Shown in pieces: positions 36,270 through 45,733 of a stretch of 64,000 nucleotides of DNA. The translations under genes were made by a program, and so were the position numbers. Position 1 is the first letter of the stretch, and every line of letters starts with the position of its first letter. The stretch is from Bacteroidales bacterium. Lineage in GTDB: Bacteria > Bacteroidota > Bacteroidia > Bacteroidales > VadinHA17. The notes beneath the pieces were generated by a model. The model was not told where the DNA came from. It ran no database searches and saw only the letters and a program-made list of their open reading frames with translations. Location: assembly GCA_007132995.1 (NCBI GenBank), contig SLNP01000015.1, forward strand, positions 5,329-69,328, given 5' to 3'.

Positions 36270-37475
36270 TTGATTAATATGAGATACTTTATAATAGCAG
36301 GAGAGGCATCGGGCGATCTTCACGGATCGAATCTTATAAGAGGACTGCTCAAGGCTGACAAGGATGCAGAGATCTTTTTCTATGGCGGTGACAGAATGAG
36401 AGAGGCCGGAGGCACTCTGCTATCTCACTATCGCAATACTGCGGTTATGGGGTATGTTGAGGTTGTTATGCGTCTTGGCACTGTTCTGGGTAGTTTAAGG
36501 CGATGCCGCAGAGATATAAGGTCGCTGTGTCCCGATATGATCATACTTATTGACTTCCCCGGGTTCAACATGAAGATGGCCAAATTTGCCCGTACCCTCG
36601 GCATTCCTGTTGTTTACTACATATCTCCGAAAATATGGGCATGGAAGCGGTGGCGTATTAAAGCGATCAGGAGAGATGTCTCGCGTATGTATATAATTCT
36701 TCCTTTTGAGAAGGATTTTTATGACTCTTACAATTTCGATACTCACTATTTTGGTAATCCACTGGTAGATGAGATTGACAGATACCACAGAAGCGCACCT
36801 TCCGGGGTACGGCTCAGAGAGTCGCTGGGCCTTGATGAACGGCCTGTTATATCGCTCTTTCCCGGCAGCAGGAGAGATGAGGTGAGGCGAATACTTCCCC
36901 CAATGCTTTCGGTCATTAAGTACTATCCCGACTACCAGTTCCTTATAGCAGCCTCTGATAGCGTTGCCTCTGATCTCTACCAGTCAATTGCCGGCAGCTA
37001 TGATGTTAAGCCCGTCTTCAACAGAAGTTACGATCTTCTGGCACTCTCTGAGGTGGCCGTTGTTAAATCGGGTACCTCTACACTTGAAGCTGCCCTTATG
37101 AATGTCCCCCAGATTGTATGCTACAAGGTATCTCCCATCTCTTTTCTTATTGGAAAGATGCTTATAAGGGGTATTAGGTTTGTGTCTCTTGTTAATCTGC
37201 TTATGGACAAACAGGTTGTAAAAGAGCTGTTGCAGGGGCAGATGAAAGAGAGAAATCTGGTTAACGAGATCAACTCCATTATTACCGGTGGATGGAAACG
37301 GCATATTATGAAAAATAACTACGCCACCATCTCGTCTATGATGTGTAAACCGGGTGTCTCTGATCGTGTGGCCGGTGACATTGTGAAATATGGCAACTCT
37401 CTGCAGGGCGTTTCCACGCGGGAAGAGGGCCGGCGTAGCAGATCAGACGGGTTTTCCGGTAATGATAGTTTTTAG
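36270..37475 (+). CDS. lpxB: Lipid-A-disaccharide synthase
   Basis: 401 aa. It has IIAGEASGDLHGSNLI and the PGSR region of the GT19 family. Confidence 0.85.
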   Translation: MINMRYFIIAGEASGDLHGSNLIRGLLKADKDAEIFFYGGDRMREAGGTLLSHYRNTAVMGYVEVVMRLGTVLGSLRRCRRDIRSLCPDMIILIDFPGFNMKMAKFARTLGIPVVYYISPKIWAWKRWRIKAIRRDVSRMYIILPFEKDFYDSYNFDTHYFGNPLVDEIDRYHRSAPSGVRLRESLGLDERPVISLFPGSRRDEVRRILPPMLSVIKYYPDYQFLIAASDSVASDLYQSIAGSYDVKPVFNRSYDLLALSEVAVVKSGTSTLEAALMNVPQIVCYKVSPISFLIGKMLIRGIRFVSLVNLLMDKQVVKELLQGQMKERNLVNEINSIITGGWKRHIMKNNYATISSMMCKPGVSDRVAGDIVKYGNSLQGVSTREEGRRSRSDGFSGNDSF

Positions 37476-37479
37476 ATAT

Positions 37480-38640
37480 ATGGTATTAAGCCTCTTGATG
37501 GTTGTGCCAGCCCTGTTTGTCACGGGCGAAACACTCCCGGCCGATGATCATACCATCAGAATAAGGCTCTTTTCAGAACTGAAACCGGAACGGCTCATCT
37601 TTACTCCGGCAGATGGCGACTACCTGATTGAGGTCGATGGAGAGGAGAAGGGGTTTGTACGAACGGCAGAACCGCTTCTTGTTTTCAGATATGGAGACAG
37701 GCTTGCTGTGAAGGGAGGAACCCTCTCCGGGATACTATCTGACTCAATATCCATTATTCCGGATGGAGGCACCCGTTTTTCACTTGAGATACCGGGTGTT
37801 GAAGATAGCAGAAGGTACTATGATGACAGGTTGATGGTTAATCTCGACGGCAATCTCTTTTTTATCGTAAATAAAACATCTGTAGAGAGATATCTTCCGG
37901 GAGTAGTGGAGGCCGAAGGTGGCAACGGCATAGAGGATGAGTTTTTCAGGGTTCAGGCAGTTATTGCAAGAACCTATGCCTACAGGAACCTTGACCGACA
38001 CATAAGTGACAACTATAATTTATGTGATGGTGTGCATTGCCAGGCATATTATGGTAAAACAGGAATGGCAGTCATTAAGAGTGCAGTAGAGGCGACCAGA
38101 GGATTGGTACTTACCGATAGTGATACGATTCTGGTAAATGCCCTGTTTCACTCAAACTGTGGGGGAGAGACACTCTCTTCCGGCCAGGTCTGGCTTGCTC
38201 AGGGTAGTCATCTGGTATCGGTAAGGGACCCCTATTGCAGGGAGATGTCCAACTCGATCTGGAGAACCACCATCCCCCTTCAGGAGTGGATAACATATAT
38301 TTATCAGTTCAGGGAGAGTGGCCGGGGATCTGAAGGTGATATATTCCGGTTTGAACAACCGGACCGACAGGAAATGCTGGCAATATCAGGATATCGCCCC
38401 ATCCCCCTCAGGGAGATAAGGGAGCGCTTTATGCTGAGGTCTGCTTTTTTCTCTTTTGTCAAAGAGGGTGATACATTACTGGTTTCGGGCAGGGGCTTTG
38501 GGCATGGAGTCGGCCTCTGCCAGCAGGGGGCGATGGTTATGGCGGCAAGAGGCTACAATTACCGCCAGATTGCTTCGTTCTACTATAACGGGGTAATGGT
38601 CGTCCATATCGATGATGCCCGCTATCCGGAGACCTTTTGA
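37480..38640 (+). CDS. SpoIID/LytB-domain protein
   Basis: Motifs QAVIARTYA, CDGVHCQAY, FHSNCGGET and GHGVGLCQ. The start is trimmed to ATG 37480 (MVLSLLMVVPALF signal), which removes the 86-nt overlap with lpxB. Confidence 0.75.
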   Translation: MVLSLLMVVPALFVTGETLPADDHTIRIRLFSELKPERLIFTPADGDYLIEVDGEEKGFVRTAEPLLVFRYGDRLAVKGGTLSGILSDSISIIPDGGTRFSLEIPGVEDSRRYYDDRLMVNLDGNLFFIVNKTSVERYLPGVVEAEGGNGIEDEFFRVQAVIARTYAYRNLDRHISDNYNLCDGVHCQAYYGKTGMAVIKSAVEATRGLVLTDSDTILVNALFHSNCGGETLSSGQVWLAQGSHLVSVRDPYCREMSNSIWRTTIPLQEWITYIYQFRESGRGSEGDIFRFEQPDRQEMLAISGYRPIPLREIRERFMLRSAFFSFVKEGDTLLVSGRGFGHGVGLCQQGAMVMAARGYNYRQIASFYYNGVMVVHIDDARYPETF

Positions 38641-38701
38641 CCCTATCTTATCTGGTAATTATGTCGCCAATCAATATATTTGCCCAAAAGCAGTTTGATA
38701 T

Positions 38702-39442
38702 ATGTATCCGATCTACATTAAAGAGTTGAAGGGCTTTTTCAGCAGCCTGACCGGCTATATTGTTATTGCTGTATTCCTGACAGTAAATTCACTGTTTATG
38801 TGGGTTTTCCCCGGAGAGCTTAATGTTTTATCAGGCGGTCATGCCACACTCGACACACTCTTTATCATCTCTCCCTGGGTATTCCTGTTTCTTGTGCCGG
38901 CTGTTACCATGCGTATGATATCAGAAGAGAAGCGGCTTGGTACCATAGAGCTGCTCTACTCAAAACCTGTCTCTGAGATGCATATAGTTACCGGAAAGTA
39001 TTTGGCAGCGGTATCGCTTGTGTTTCTGGCTCTTCTGCCCGGTCTGGTCTACTATGCGACCATATGGTCTCTTGGCGATCCTCAGGGTAATCTTGATGTG
39101 GGCGGAACCGCCGGTTCGGTGGCAGGGCTCTTCTTTCTGGCTGCAGTATATGCCGCAGCCGGACTATTTGCCTCATCTCTGACACAGAATCAGGTTGTCG
39201 CCTTCATTATAGCTGTACTTATATCATTTTTCCTCTTTACAGGATTCGATTCAATAGCGATGCTTCCCGGCCTCAGAAATATCGATGAGTATGTGGTGAT
39301 GCTCGGAATAAATGAGCACTACAGATCTATGAGCAGGGGAGTTATTGATATATCGGACATAGTCTATTTTGTTGTAGTGATTACAATATTCATTGAGGGC
39401 ACAAGGGTAGTACTAACTTCCAGGAAATGGAAAAAAGGTTGA
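38702..39442 (+). CDS. gldF: Gliding-motility-associated ABC transporter permease GldF
   Basis: 246 aa, ABC-2 permease. The N-terminus IKELKGFFSSLTGYIVIAVFL is typical of GldF, and gldG is immediately downstream. Confidence 0.75.
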   Translation: MYPIYIKELKGFFSSLTGYIVIAVFLTVNSLFMWVFPGELNVLSGGHATLDTLFIISPWVFLFLVPAVTMRMISEEKRLGTIELLYSKPVSEMHIVTGKYLAAVSLVFLALLPGLVYYATIWSLGDPQGNLDVGGTAGSVAGLFFLAAVYAAAGLFASSLTQNQVVAFIIAVLISFFLFTGFDSIAMLPGLRNIDEYVVMLGINEHYRSMSRGVIDISDIVYFVVVITIFIEGTRVVLTSRKWKKG

Positions 39443-39445
39443 TCT

Positions 39446-41149
39446 ATGGGGAATCAGATGTCTGAAATAAAGAGAGCTAATATAATACGCTTTGTGACAG
39501 TAGCTGTGGTGGCCATTGCGGGTGGACTGATAGTCTCATCCATTAATTTACGGCTCGATCTTACAGAAGACAGAAGATACACCCTATCGCCTGAGACAAG
39601 AGAGATACTCACCTCTCTTGAAAACGATGTCTACATACAGGTCTTCCTCGATGGTGACATGCCTGTAGCATTCAAAAGGCTCAGGAGATCAGTGAGGGAG
39701 ATACTCGACGAGTTCAGGGTTGTGTCGGGCAGAAGGGTAGGTTATGCCTTTATCAATCCTGCAGCCGGATCCGATTCGCGTGAGAGGAATCGTCGTCAGC
39801 AGGAACTTCTGGAGAAGGGGCTTGAAGCCGTCGATGTTCAGGCCGGCGATGATGAGGGTGGAACTACAGTAAGAACATTGTTTCCCGGCATGATAGTGAA
39901 CTATGATGGGGTGGAGATACCGGTCAATTTCCTGAAGAATAATCCCGCTCTTCCCGCAGAGCAGAACCTGCTTCACTCTGTCGAGGCTCTCGAGTATGAA
40001 TTGATTCAGACAATATATACCCTGACAGCCGATACTGTTTTGAAGGTTGCCTTTATTGAAGGGTATGGCGTGCCTGATGAGCTGCAGGTGGCTGATATAA
40101 CGCTCTCTATGGCAAGATTCTTTACCATAGACAGGGGCAGGATCGGTGGATTATACGGAGCTCTTGACGACTACGCTGCCATCATTGTGGCCAGACCCAC
40201 AGAGCCTTTCAGTGATGAAGACAAGTTTGTAATAGACCAGTATATAATGAATGGAGGAAGGGTGCTTTGGCTCTATCAGGAGGTACTTGTAGATGCAGAT
40301 TCTCTTCAGCGGGGGGAGGCGGTTGCCGTTTATGAGCCACTCGATATTGCCGATCAGCTCTTCAGGTACGGGGCCAGGGTAAACCCCGTGCTGTTGCAGG
40401 ATATGGAGTGTCTTCCCATTCCGCTTCAACTTGTCAGGTCTGACCGCCCTCAGATAGTGCCAACCCCCTGGCCGTACTATCCGCTTCTTGTTCCCTCACC
40501 AGATCACCCTGTTACAAGGAATGTAAACCGTGTGAAGGGGCGGTTCGTCAGCTCTGTAGATACTGTTGGGCTCGACCCTGAAGTGCGGAAGAGTATTCTT
40601 CTTACAACATCACGCCGCTCCCGTGTAGTAAATCCGCCAATAATCATAGCACTGGCCGATGCTACCAGACCTCCCGTAGAGCAGGAATTTGGCAGGTCAT
40701 CTGTTCCGGTTGCCGTGCTTCTTGAGGGGCGTTTCGAGTCTGCTTTCCGAAACCGGATGATACCCTCTGATGTTATCAATCCGCCCGGCTCTGCACACTC
40801 AAGGAGTAAAGAGACCCGAATGATTGTGATCTCTGACGCCGATATGATAATAAATGAGGTGTCGCTTTCACGACAGGGATATCCGTCACCTTTACCCCTT
40901 GGGAAAGACAGGCTTACCGGGCAGACTTTTGGCAACAGCGATTTTTTAATTAACTCTCTCAACTATCTGGTAGATGAGGCAGGGCTGCTGGAGTTGAGGT
41001 CAAGGGAGATAAGGCTAAGGCTTCTGAACCGGCAGAGAGTAAGGGATAACCTTTTTGTAATACAGCTTATCAATATAGTTGGTCCCCTGCTTATTCTATC
41101 GCTTTCAGGTGTGCTCTTTGCACAGATAAGGGGAAGGAGGTACCGGTGA
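39446..41149 (+). CDS. gldG: Gliding-associated ABC transporter auxiliary component GldG
   Basis: 567 aa with N- and C-terminal TM anchors. The size and its position after gldF fit GldG. Confidence 0.7.
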   Translation: MGNQMSEIKRANIIRFVTVAVVAIAGGLIVSSINLRLDLTEDRRYTLSPETREILTSLENDVYIQVFLDGDMPVAFKRLRRSVREILDEFRVVSGRRVGYAFINPAAGSDSRERNRRQQELLEKGLEAVDVQAGDDEGGTTVRTLFPGMIVNYDGVEIPVNFLKNNPALPAEQNLLHSVEALEYELIQTIYTLTADTVLKVAFIEGYGVPDELQVADITLSMARFFTIDRGRIGGLYGALDDYAAIIVARPTEPFSDEDKFVIDQYIMNGGRVLWLYQEVLVDADSLQRGEAVAVYEPLDIADQLFRYGARVNPVLLQDMECLPIPLQLVRSDRPQIVPTPWPYYPLLVPSPDHPVTRNVNRVKGRFVSSVDTVGLDPEVRKSILLTTSRRSRVVNPPIIIALADATRPPVEQEFGRSSVPVAVLLEGRFESAFRNRMIPSDVINPPGSAHSRSKETRMIVISDADMIINEVSLSRQGYPSPLPLGKDRLTGQTFGNSDFLINSLNYLVDEAGLLELRSREIRLRLLNRQRVRDNLFVIQLINIVGPLLILSLSGVLFAQIRGRRYR

Positions 41150-42123
41150 AACTCAGAGATTACCTCTATATCTCACTCTTTCTTGTACTTATCTCAACAA
41201 TAGTTGTATATCTTAACAGCAGTGGCTCTTTCTCTGCGCGTCATACCGGCTTTGCCGTTGAGAGCGCAGATATTACCTCCATAGAGATGAGCAGGGGTGA
41301 GGAGAGTATTACTCTTACCCTTGACAATGGCACATGGCTTGTCAACGGGGTGGATGAAGCCCGCCAGGGGGCTGTCAATCTGCTGCTCAAAACGGTTGGC
41401 ACAATGGAGATCAAGTCTCCTGTGTCAGAAGATCACTTCACAGAACATATTACGCAAAAGGGCATAGAGCCGGTCCGGGTACGCATCTTTTCCGGGAGAA
41501 GGGTTATAAGGAGTTTTCTGGTCTACAGCACCGGCTCTAATCAGTACGGAAATATTATGAGAAAGGGCAAGGGAAGAAGTGCATTCATTCTCACTGTTCC
41601 CGGCTACCAGTGGCAAATAGCCTCCCATTTCAATATGGATAAAAGGTTCTGGTTGCCTCTCTCTCTCTTCTCTATAGATCCCCTGACTATAAGCGCCGTA
41701 TCGGTTGATTATCGTGACTCGCCCGATGACTCCTTTCTGATTGTCAGTGGAGGTACTGAAATGGCTGACACTCTTTTTGATCACCCCCGGCTGCTAAGAG
41801 ATGTGGAGAGAAGAGTTGCCGACCGTTACTTCTCATACTTTATGTGGGTTCCCATTGAGCGATATGATCTCAATCTCTCTGCTCAGGAAGCTATGGAAAT
41901 CAGAGATAGTTCACCGACGGCTGTTATTACGGTTATCCTTAGGGATGGCGATGTAAGAGAGGTCAAACTGTGGGATATCTATACAGGAGAGGGTGATGAG
42001 CGCAGAAGAGATCCCTATCGGGTAAGGGGAGTAACCGATCAGCGTGATGACCTTTTTATTGTAAGGTACTTCGATCTTGATCCTCTCTTGAGGAGGAGAT
42101 CATATTTTACCAGAGAGAAATAA
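41146..42123 (+). CDS. Hypothetical membrane-anchored protein (DUF4340-like, commonly follows gldG)
   Basis: 325 aa with an N-terminal TM segment and a 4-nt overlap with gldG. The family assignment is tentative. Confidence 0.45.
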   Translation: MKLRDYLYISLFLVLISTIVVYLNSSGSFSARHTGFAVESADITSIEMSRGEESITLTLDNGTWLVNGVDEARQGAVNLLLKTVGTMEIKSPVSEDHFTEHITQKGIEPVRVRIFSGRRVIRSFLVYSTGSNQYGNIMRKGKGRSAFILTVPGYQWQIASHFNMDKRFWLPLSLFSIDPLTISAVSVDYRDSPDDSFLIVSGGTEMADTLFDHPRLLRDVERRVADRYFSYFMWVPIERYDLNLSAQEAMEIRDSSPTAVITVILRDGDVREVKLWDIYTGEGDERRRDPYRVRGVTDQRDDLFIVRYFDLDPLLRRRSYFTREK

Positions 42124-42355
42124 TAGTTTGTAAGAGAGATTTTTTTTTTCTATTATTGGTATCTGTATTTGTCTTAACATGAGGCCTCTTTACCAGTGTT
42201 TTATCAGGCTGGTGCCCGTGCTTTTATACGCCTCCCGTTAAGATAACCGGTCGTTATACCGGTCCGGTGCTTTCGATCCGGGTGCCCACCGTAATGAGAG
42301 GGCTTCCCGATTGAGTTCCGGGACAGGTAACTGTAAACAACTAATATCTGCCAAT

Positions 42356-43486
42356 ATGAAATTTGTAGTATCCAGTACGGAATTATTAGACCATCTTCAG
42401 GCAATAAGTCGTGTTATAAGTTCCAAGAATACGCTGCCTATACTTGACAATTTCCTTTTTGACCTTAAAGGGAACGATTTGGAGATAACCGCATCTGATC
42501 TGGAGTCTACCCTTATAACGAGACTGCATATTGAGAACACGGAAGGGGAGGGTAGTATCGCTATTCCTGCTAAGAGGCTTCTGGATACCCTTAAGGAGTT
42601 TCCCGAGCAACCTCTCACATTTGATATCGACAGCTCTTCAATGTCGGTATCCATAAGCTCTGAAAATGGCAAATACAATGTGGCAGGATACAGCGGTGCA
42701 GATTTTCCAAGGCTGCCGGTACTTAAGCCCGAGGGGAGCTTTGCCTTCACTATCGACTCTCCGGCTCTTCTTACCGGAATAAGCAGGACACTCTTTGCAA
42801 CCGCAGATGATGAGCTAAGGCCTGTCATGGGTGGAGTCTATATAGAGGCCTCCGGCGATGGGATTACATTTGTTGCCAGTGACGCCCACAAGCTTGTCCG
42901 TTACAGAAGGAGTGATTTTTCTGCCGGTGAGGAGCTCTCATTCATATTACCAAAAAAACCTGCCTCGCTTCTGAAGAATATCCTCCCCAGAGAGGAGGGG
43001 GCTGTCAAGGTTGAGTGCGATGAAAAGAATGCCTTCTTCGAGCTTGCCGGATATAAGGTGGTTTGCCGTCTGGTTGAGGGCAACTACCCTAATTACAATT
43101 CGGTTATACCAAATGACAATCCCAGGAAAATAGCAGTCGACAGACTCGACCTATACAACGCCCTGAAAAGGGTGTCGGTATACTCCAGCCAGGCCAGTAA
43201 TCTGGTGAAGTTGCAGCTTAACGCGAACCAGATGGTGGTGTCGGCTCAGGATCTTGATTTTTCAATATCTGCATATGAGCGGGTTAAGTGCCGCTATGAC
43301 GGTGAAGATATGGAGATAGGTTTTAAATCGCTGTTTTTGATTGAGATTCTGGCAAATCTTGCCAGCCAGGAGGTGCAGGTTGAGCTGGCCGATCCTGGCA
43401 GGGCAGGGCTCTTTTTACCTGCCGATGGCGATAGCGATGCCGAAGATCTGCTGATGTTGCTGATGCCCATGATGATTAACGCATAG
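42356..43486 (+). CDS. dnaN: DNA polymerase III beta sliding clamp
   Basis: The start is trimmed to ATG 42356 (MKFVVSSTELLDHLQAISRVI...). The protein is 376 aa with the typical three-domain length. Confidence 0.85.
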   Translation: MKFVVSSTELLDHLQAISRVISSKNTLPILDNFLFDLKGNDLEITASDLESTLITRLHIENTEGEGSIAIPAKRLLDTLKEFPEQPLTFDIDSSSMSVSISSENGKYNVAGYSGADFPRLPVLKPEGSFAFTIDSPALLTGISRTLFATADDELRPVMGGVYIEASGDGITFVASDAHKLVRYRRSDFSAGEELSFILPKKPASLLKNILPREEGAVKVECDEKNAFFELAGYKVVCRLVEGNYPNYNSVIPNDNPRKIAVDRLDLYNALKRVSVYSSQASNLVKLQLNANQMVVSAQDLDFSISAYERVKCRYDGEDMEIGFKSLFLIEILANLASQEVQVELADPGRAGLFLPADGDSDAEDLLMLLMPMMINA

Positions 43487-43504
43487 CAACCCTCCCATAT
43501 CTGT

Positions 43505-44116
43505 ATGAAAATAATTTGTGTGGGGCTTAACTATGGTGAGCATATCCGCGAGATGGGTGGTTCTCCGCCTTCCGAGCCCCTCTTCTTTCTTAAAGCTGAC
43601 TCTTCACTCCTTAAGGGGGGAAAACCCCTCTTCCTTCCCTCGTTCTCCGATTCTGTTGAGTATGAAGCCGAGCTGGTATACAGGATATGCAGGGTTGGTA
43701 AATCGATCCCTGCCCGCTTCGCGTACCGCTACTACGATGCGGTTACCGTTGGGATAGATGTAACCGCCCGCGATATTCAGAAGAGACAGATGGAGAGAGG
43801 GCTGCCATGGGAAATATCAAAATCTTTTGACTTTGCGGCCCCCATCGGAGATTTCATACCGACTGAAGAACTCTGCGAAACGGGCGGGATAGGCTTCCGG
43901 CTTGAGAAGAATGGAGTCGTTGTACAGAGGGGCAGCAGCGCTGAGATGATCTTTGGTGTCGACTCACTGATATCTTACCTCTCACAATTCTTTACCCTGA
44001 AAATAGGAGACATGATATTTACCGGAACCCCCTCAGGTGTTGGGCCAATGAGATGTAATGACCATTTTACCGGTTACATTGGCGAGAGGAAGGTTCTGGA
44101 TCTGCACATCAGGTAA
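43505..44116 (+). CDS. Fumarylacetoacetate hydrolase (FAH) family protein
   Basis: 203 aa. Motifs: MKIICVGLNYGEH, EAELV and FTGTPSGVG. Confidence 0.75.
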   Translation: MKIICVGLNYGEHIREMGGSPPSEPLFFLKADSSLLKGGKPLFLPSFSDSVEYEAELVYRICRVGKSIPARFAYRYYDAVTVGIDVTARDIQKRQMERGLPWEISKSFDFAAPIGDFIPTEELCETGGIGFRLEKNGVVVQRGSSAEMIFGVDSLISYLSQFFTLKIGDMIFTGTPSGVGPMRCNDHFTGYIGERKVLDLHIR

Positions 44117-45587
44117 CAATATCTTCAGGCTGGTCGTCCTGAATCGCACAGGCAACATCACTGATGTACATAAGTAGAGAGCACAGAACTTCAGCCGAAG
44201 TGAGCGGATTGATAATGGTCACTCTCAACCATATCTTATCAGCCAACTCCGCTTCAACTATGTAGAATCTGCCCGATTTTACAACCCGCTCTCTTATTTT
44301 ACTGTTGAGGCTGTTGAGATAATTGTCATCCGATTGGTCATGATATCTGAAACAGACAATATTGGCCTGCGGTTCGGTGGCAAGCTCAAAGTTGTCACTT
44401 TGATTTACCATTGCGGCAAACTCCTTTGCAAGATCATATCTGCTCTCAATGTACTCGCCGTAATACTCCTTTCCGTAGTATTTAAGAGCGGTGAAAGCTA
44501 TAAGTCCGAGAGAACTCTTTGTACACTCAAGTGTCCTCTTTGCTCCATTATACCACTCATTATCATTCTCTTTTCGGCGGTCGAAAAGATATCTTGCCTT
44601 TTGGGCAAAGGTCTCGTATGAGTGGTTTCCGTTACGGAACAGAACCATGGTGTTGAGTGCGGGCACCAGAAGCATTTTGTGGAAATCTATGACCAATGAG
44701 TCTGCGTACTCTATCCCTTTGAGCAGGTGCCGGTATCTGTCAGATAAAAGCGCTGCCATACCATGAGCACCATCCACATGAAGCCAGAGGTTGTTATCGC
44801 GACAAAAACTACCTATAGTCTCAAGATCATCGTAAGATCCTGTTGCCGTTGAACAGGAGTTGGCAATAACGGCCACCACCCTTACCCCCTGCGACTCAGC
44901 CTTCTGTAATGCACCTGCCAGTTTTCCTGTATCCATTCTGTACCGGTTGTCTTGAGGCACAGTTATCAACGATCCGGATCCCAGACCCATTATCTTGACA
45001 TTCCTTGCAATACAGTAGTGAGACTCCCCCGTAACTATAAAGCCTATTTTACGATCACTCCTGACGCCCTCTTCCCATATGTTGTAATCTGAACCAATCT
45101 GTCTTGCTGCCAGCATCGCAGTAAGGTTACCGGCGCTGCCACCATGGGTGAAGATGCCGTCTGCATCATCTCCAAAGCCGGCGAGAGCCGAGAAATATTG
45201 TATCACATTGCGCTCCATAGCCATAGCTACAGGCCCCATCTCAAATATAGCGGCTCCGTTGTTTAGGAGTGAGGTTGCAAGATGGGTAATGGCAAGCTGA
45301 GGCAGGGGTGAGGTGACCTGATGACCGATATAAGATGGATGATGAAGATGGTTGGACTCTTTGACCGCCTTGTGCAGGAAGTCTGTAAAGGGCTCCGCAG
45401 CACCTCTTTTAAGAGAGATATAGTACTCTTCTGCCAGAGCGTTTGGGTCATGATCGGGAAGAACGGCCATATCTTCACTTCTCTCCATAGCGGCTTCCAG
45501 ATAGTCCGCAAGCATGTCAATCACGGCATATCCCTCTTTTTTGAATACCTGTGTGTTGAAAGGATTTTTCTTATCCGGATATCTCAT
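44109..45587 (-). CDS. Group II pyridoxal-dependent amino-acid decarboxylase
   Basis: 492 aa. Motifs: THGGSAGNL, HVDGAHG and the PLP lysine in DFHKMLLVP. Confidence 0.75.
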   Translation of the reverse strand: MRYPDKKNPFNTQVFKKEGYAVIDMLADYLEAAMERSEDMAVLPDHDPNALAEEYYISLKRGAAEPFTDFLHKAVKESNHLHHPSYIGHQVTSPLPQLAITHLATSLLNNGAAIFEMGPVAMAMERNVIQYFSALAGFGDDADGIFTHGGSAGNLTAMLAARQIGSDYNIWEEGVRSDRKIGFIVTGESHYCIARNVKIMGLGSGSLITVPQDNRYRMDTGKLAGALQKAESQGVRVVAVIANSCSTATGSYDDLETIGSFCRDNNLWLHVDGAHGMAALLSDRYRHLLKGIEYADSLVIDFHKMLLVPALNTMVLFRNGNHSYETFAQKARYLFDRRKENDNEWYNGAKRTLECTKSSLGLIAFTALKYYGKEYYGEYIESRYDLAKEFAAMVNQSDNFELATEPQANIVCFRYHDQSDDNYLNSLNSKIRERVVKSGRFYIVEAELADKIWLRVTIINPLTSAEVLCSLLMYISDVACAIQDDQPEDIVT

Positions 45588-45733
45588 CTCTCTGCTTTAA
45601 TGTTGTGACTCATTTTTCCTCTTCTGATTAGAGCACTTTGTTTAATAATGTGATATACCAATAGTGGCACATCCGGTCCGACATCTCATTACCTGCAGGG
45701 CTGGGTATGTTAGCATATTTAACGCATCGGTCT

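Noticed and set aside
42124-43486. dnaN neighbourhood as a possible replication origin.
   Set aside because: There is no dnaA gene adjacent. I found no cluster of DnaA boxes (TTATCCACA/TGTGGATAA) or AT-rich unwinding element in the upstream spacer. In Bacteroidota dnaN is commonly unlinked to oriC.
44109-44116. 8-bp overlap of the convergent FAH-family and decarboxylase genes as a possible antisense regulatory arrangement.
   Set aside because: Short 3'-3' overlaps are common in compact genomes. There is nothing else unusual, such as a hairpin or conserved motif.
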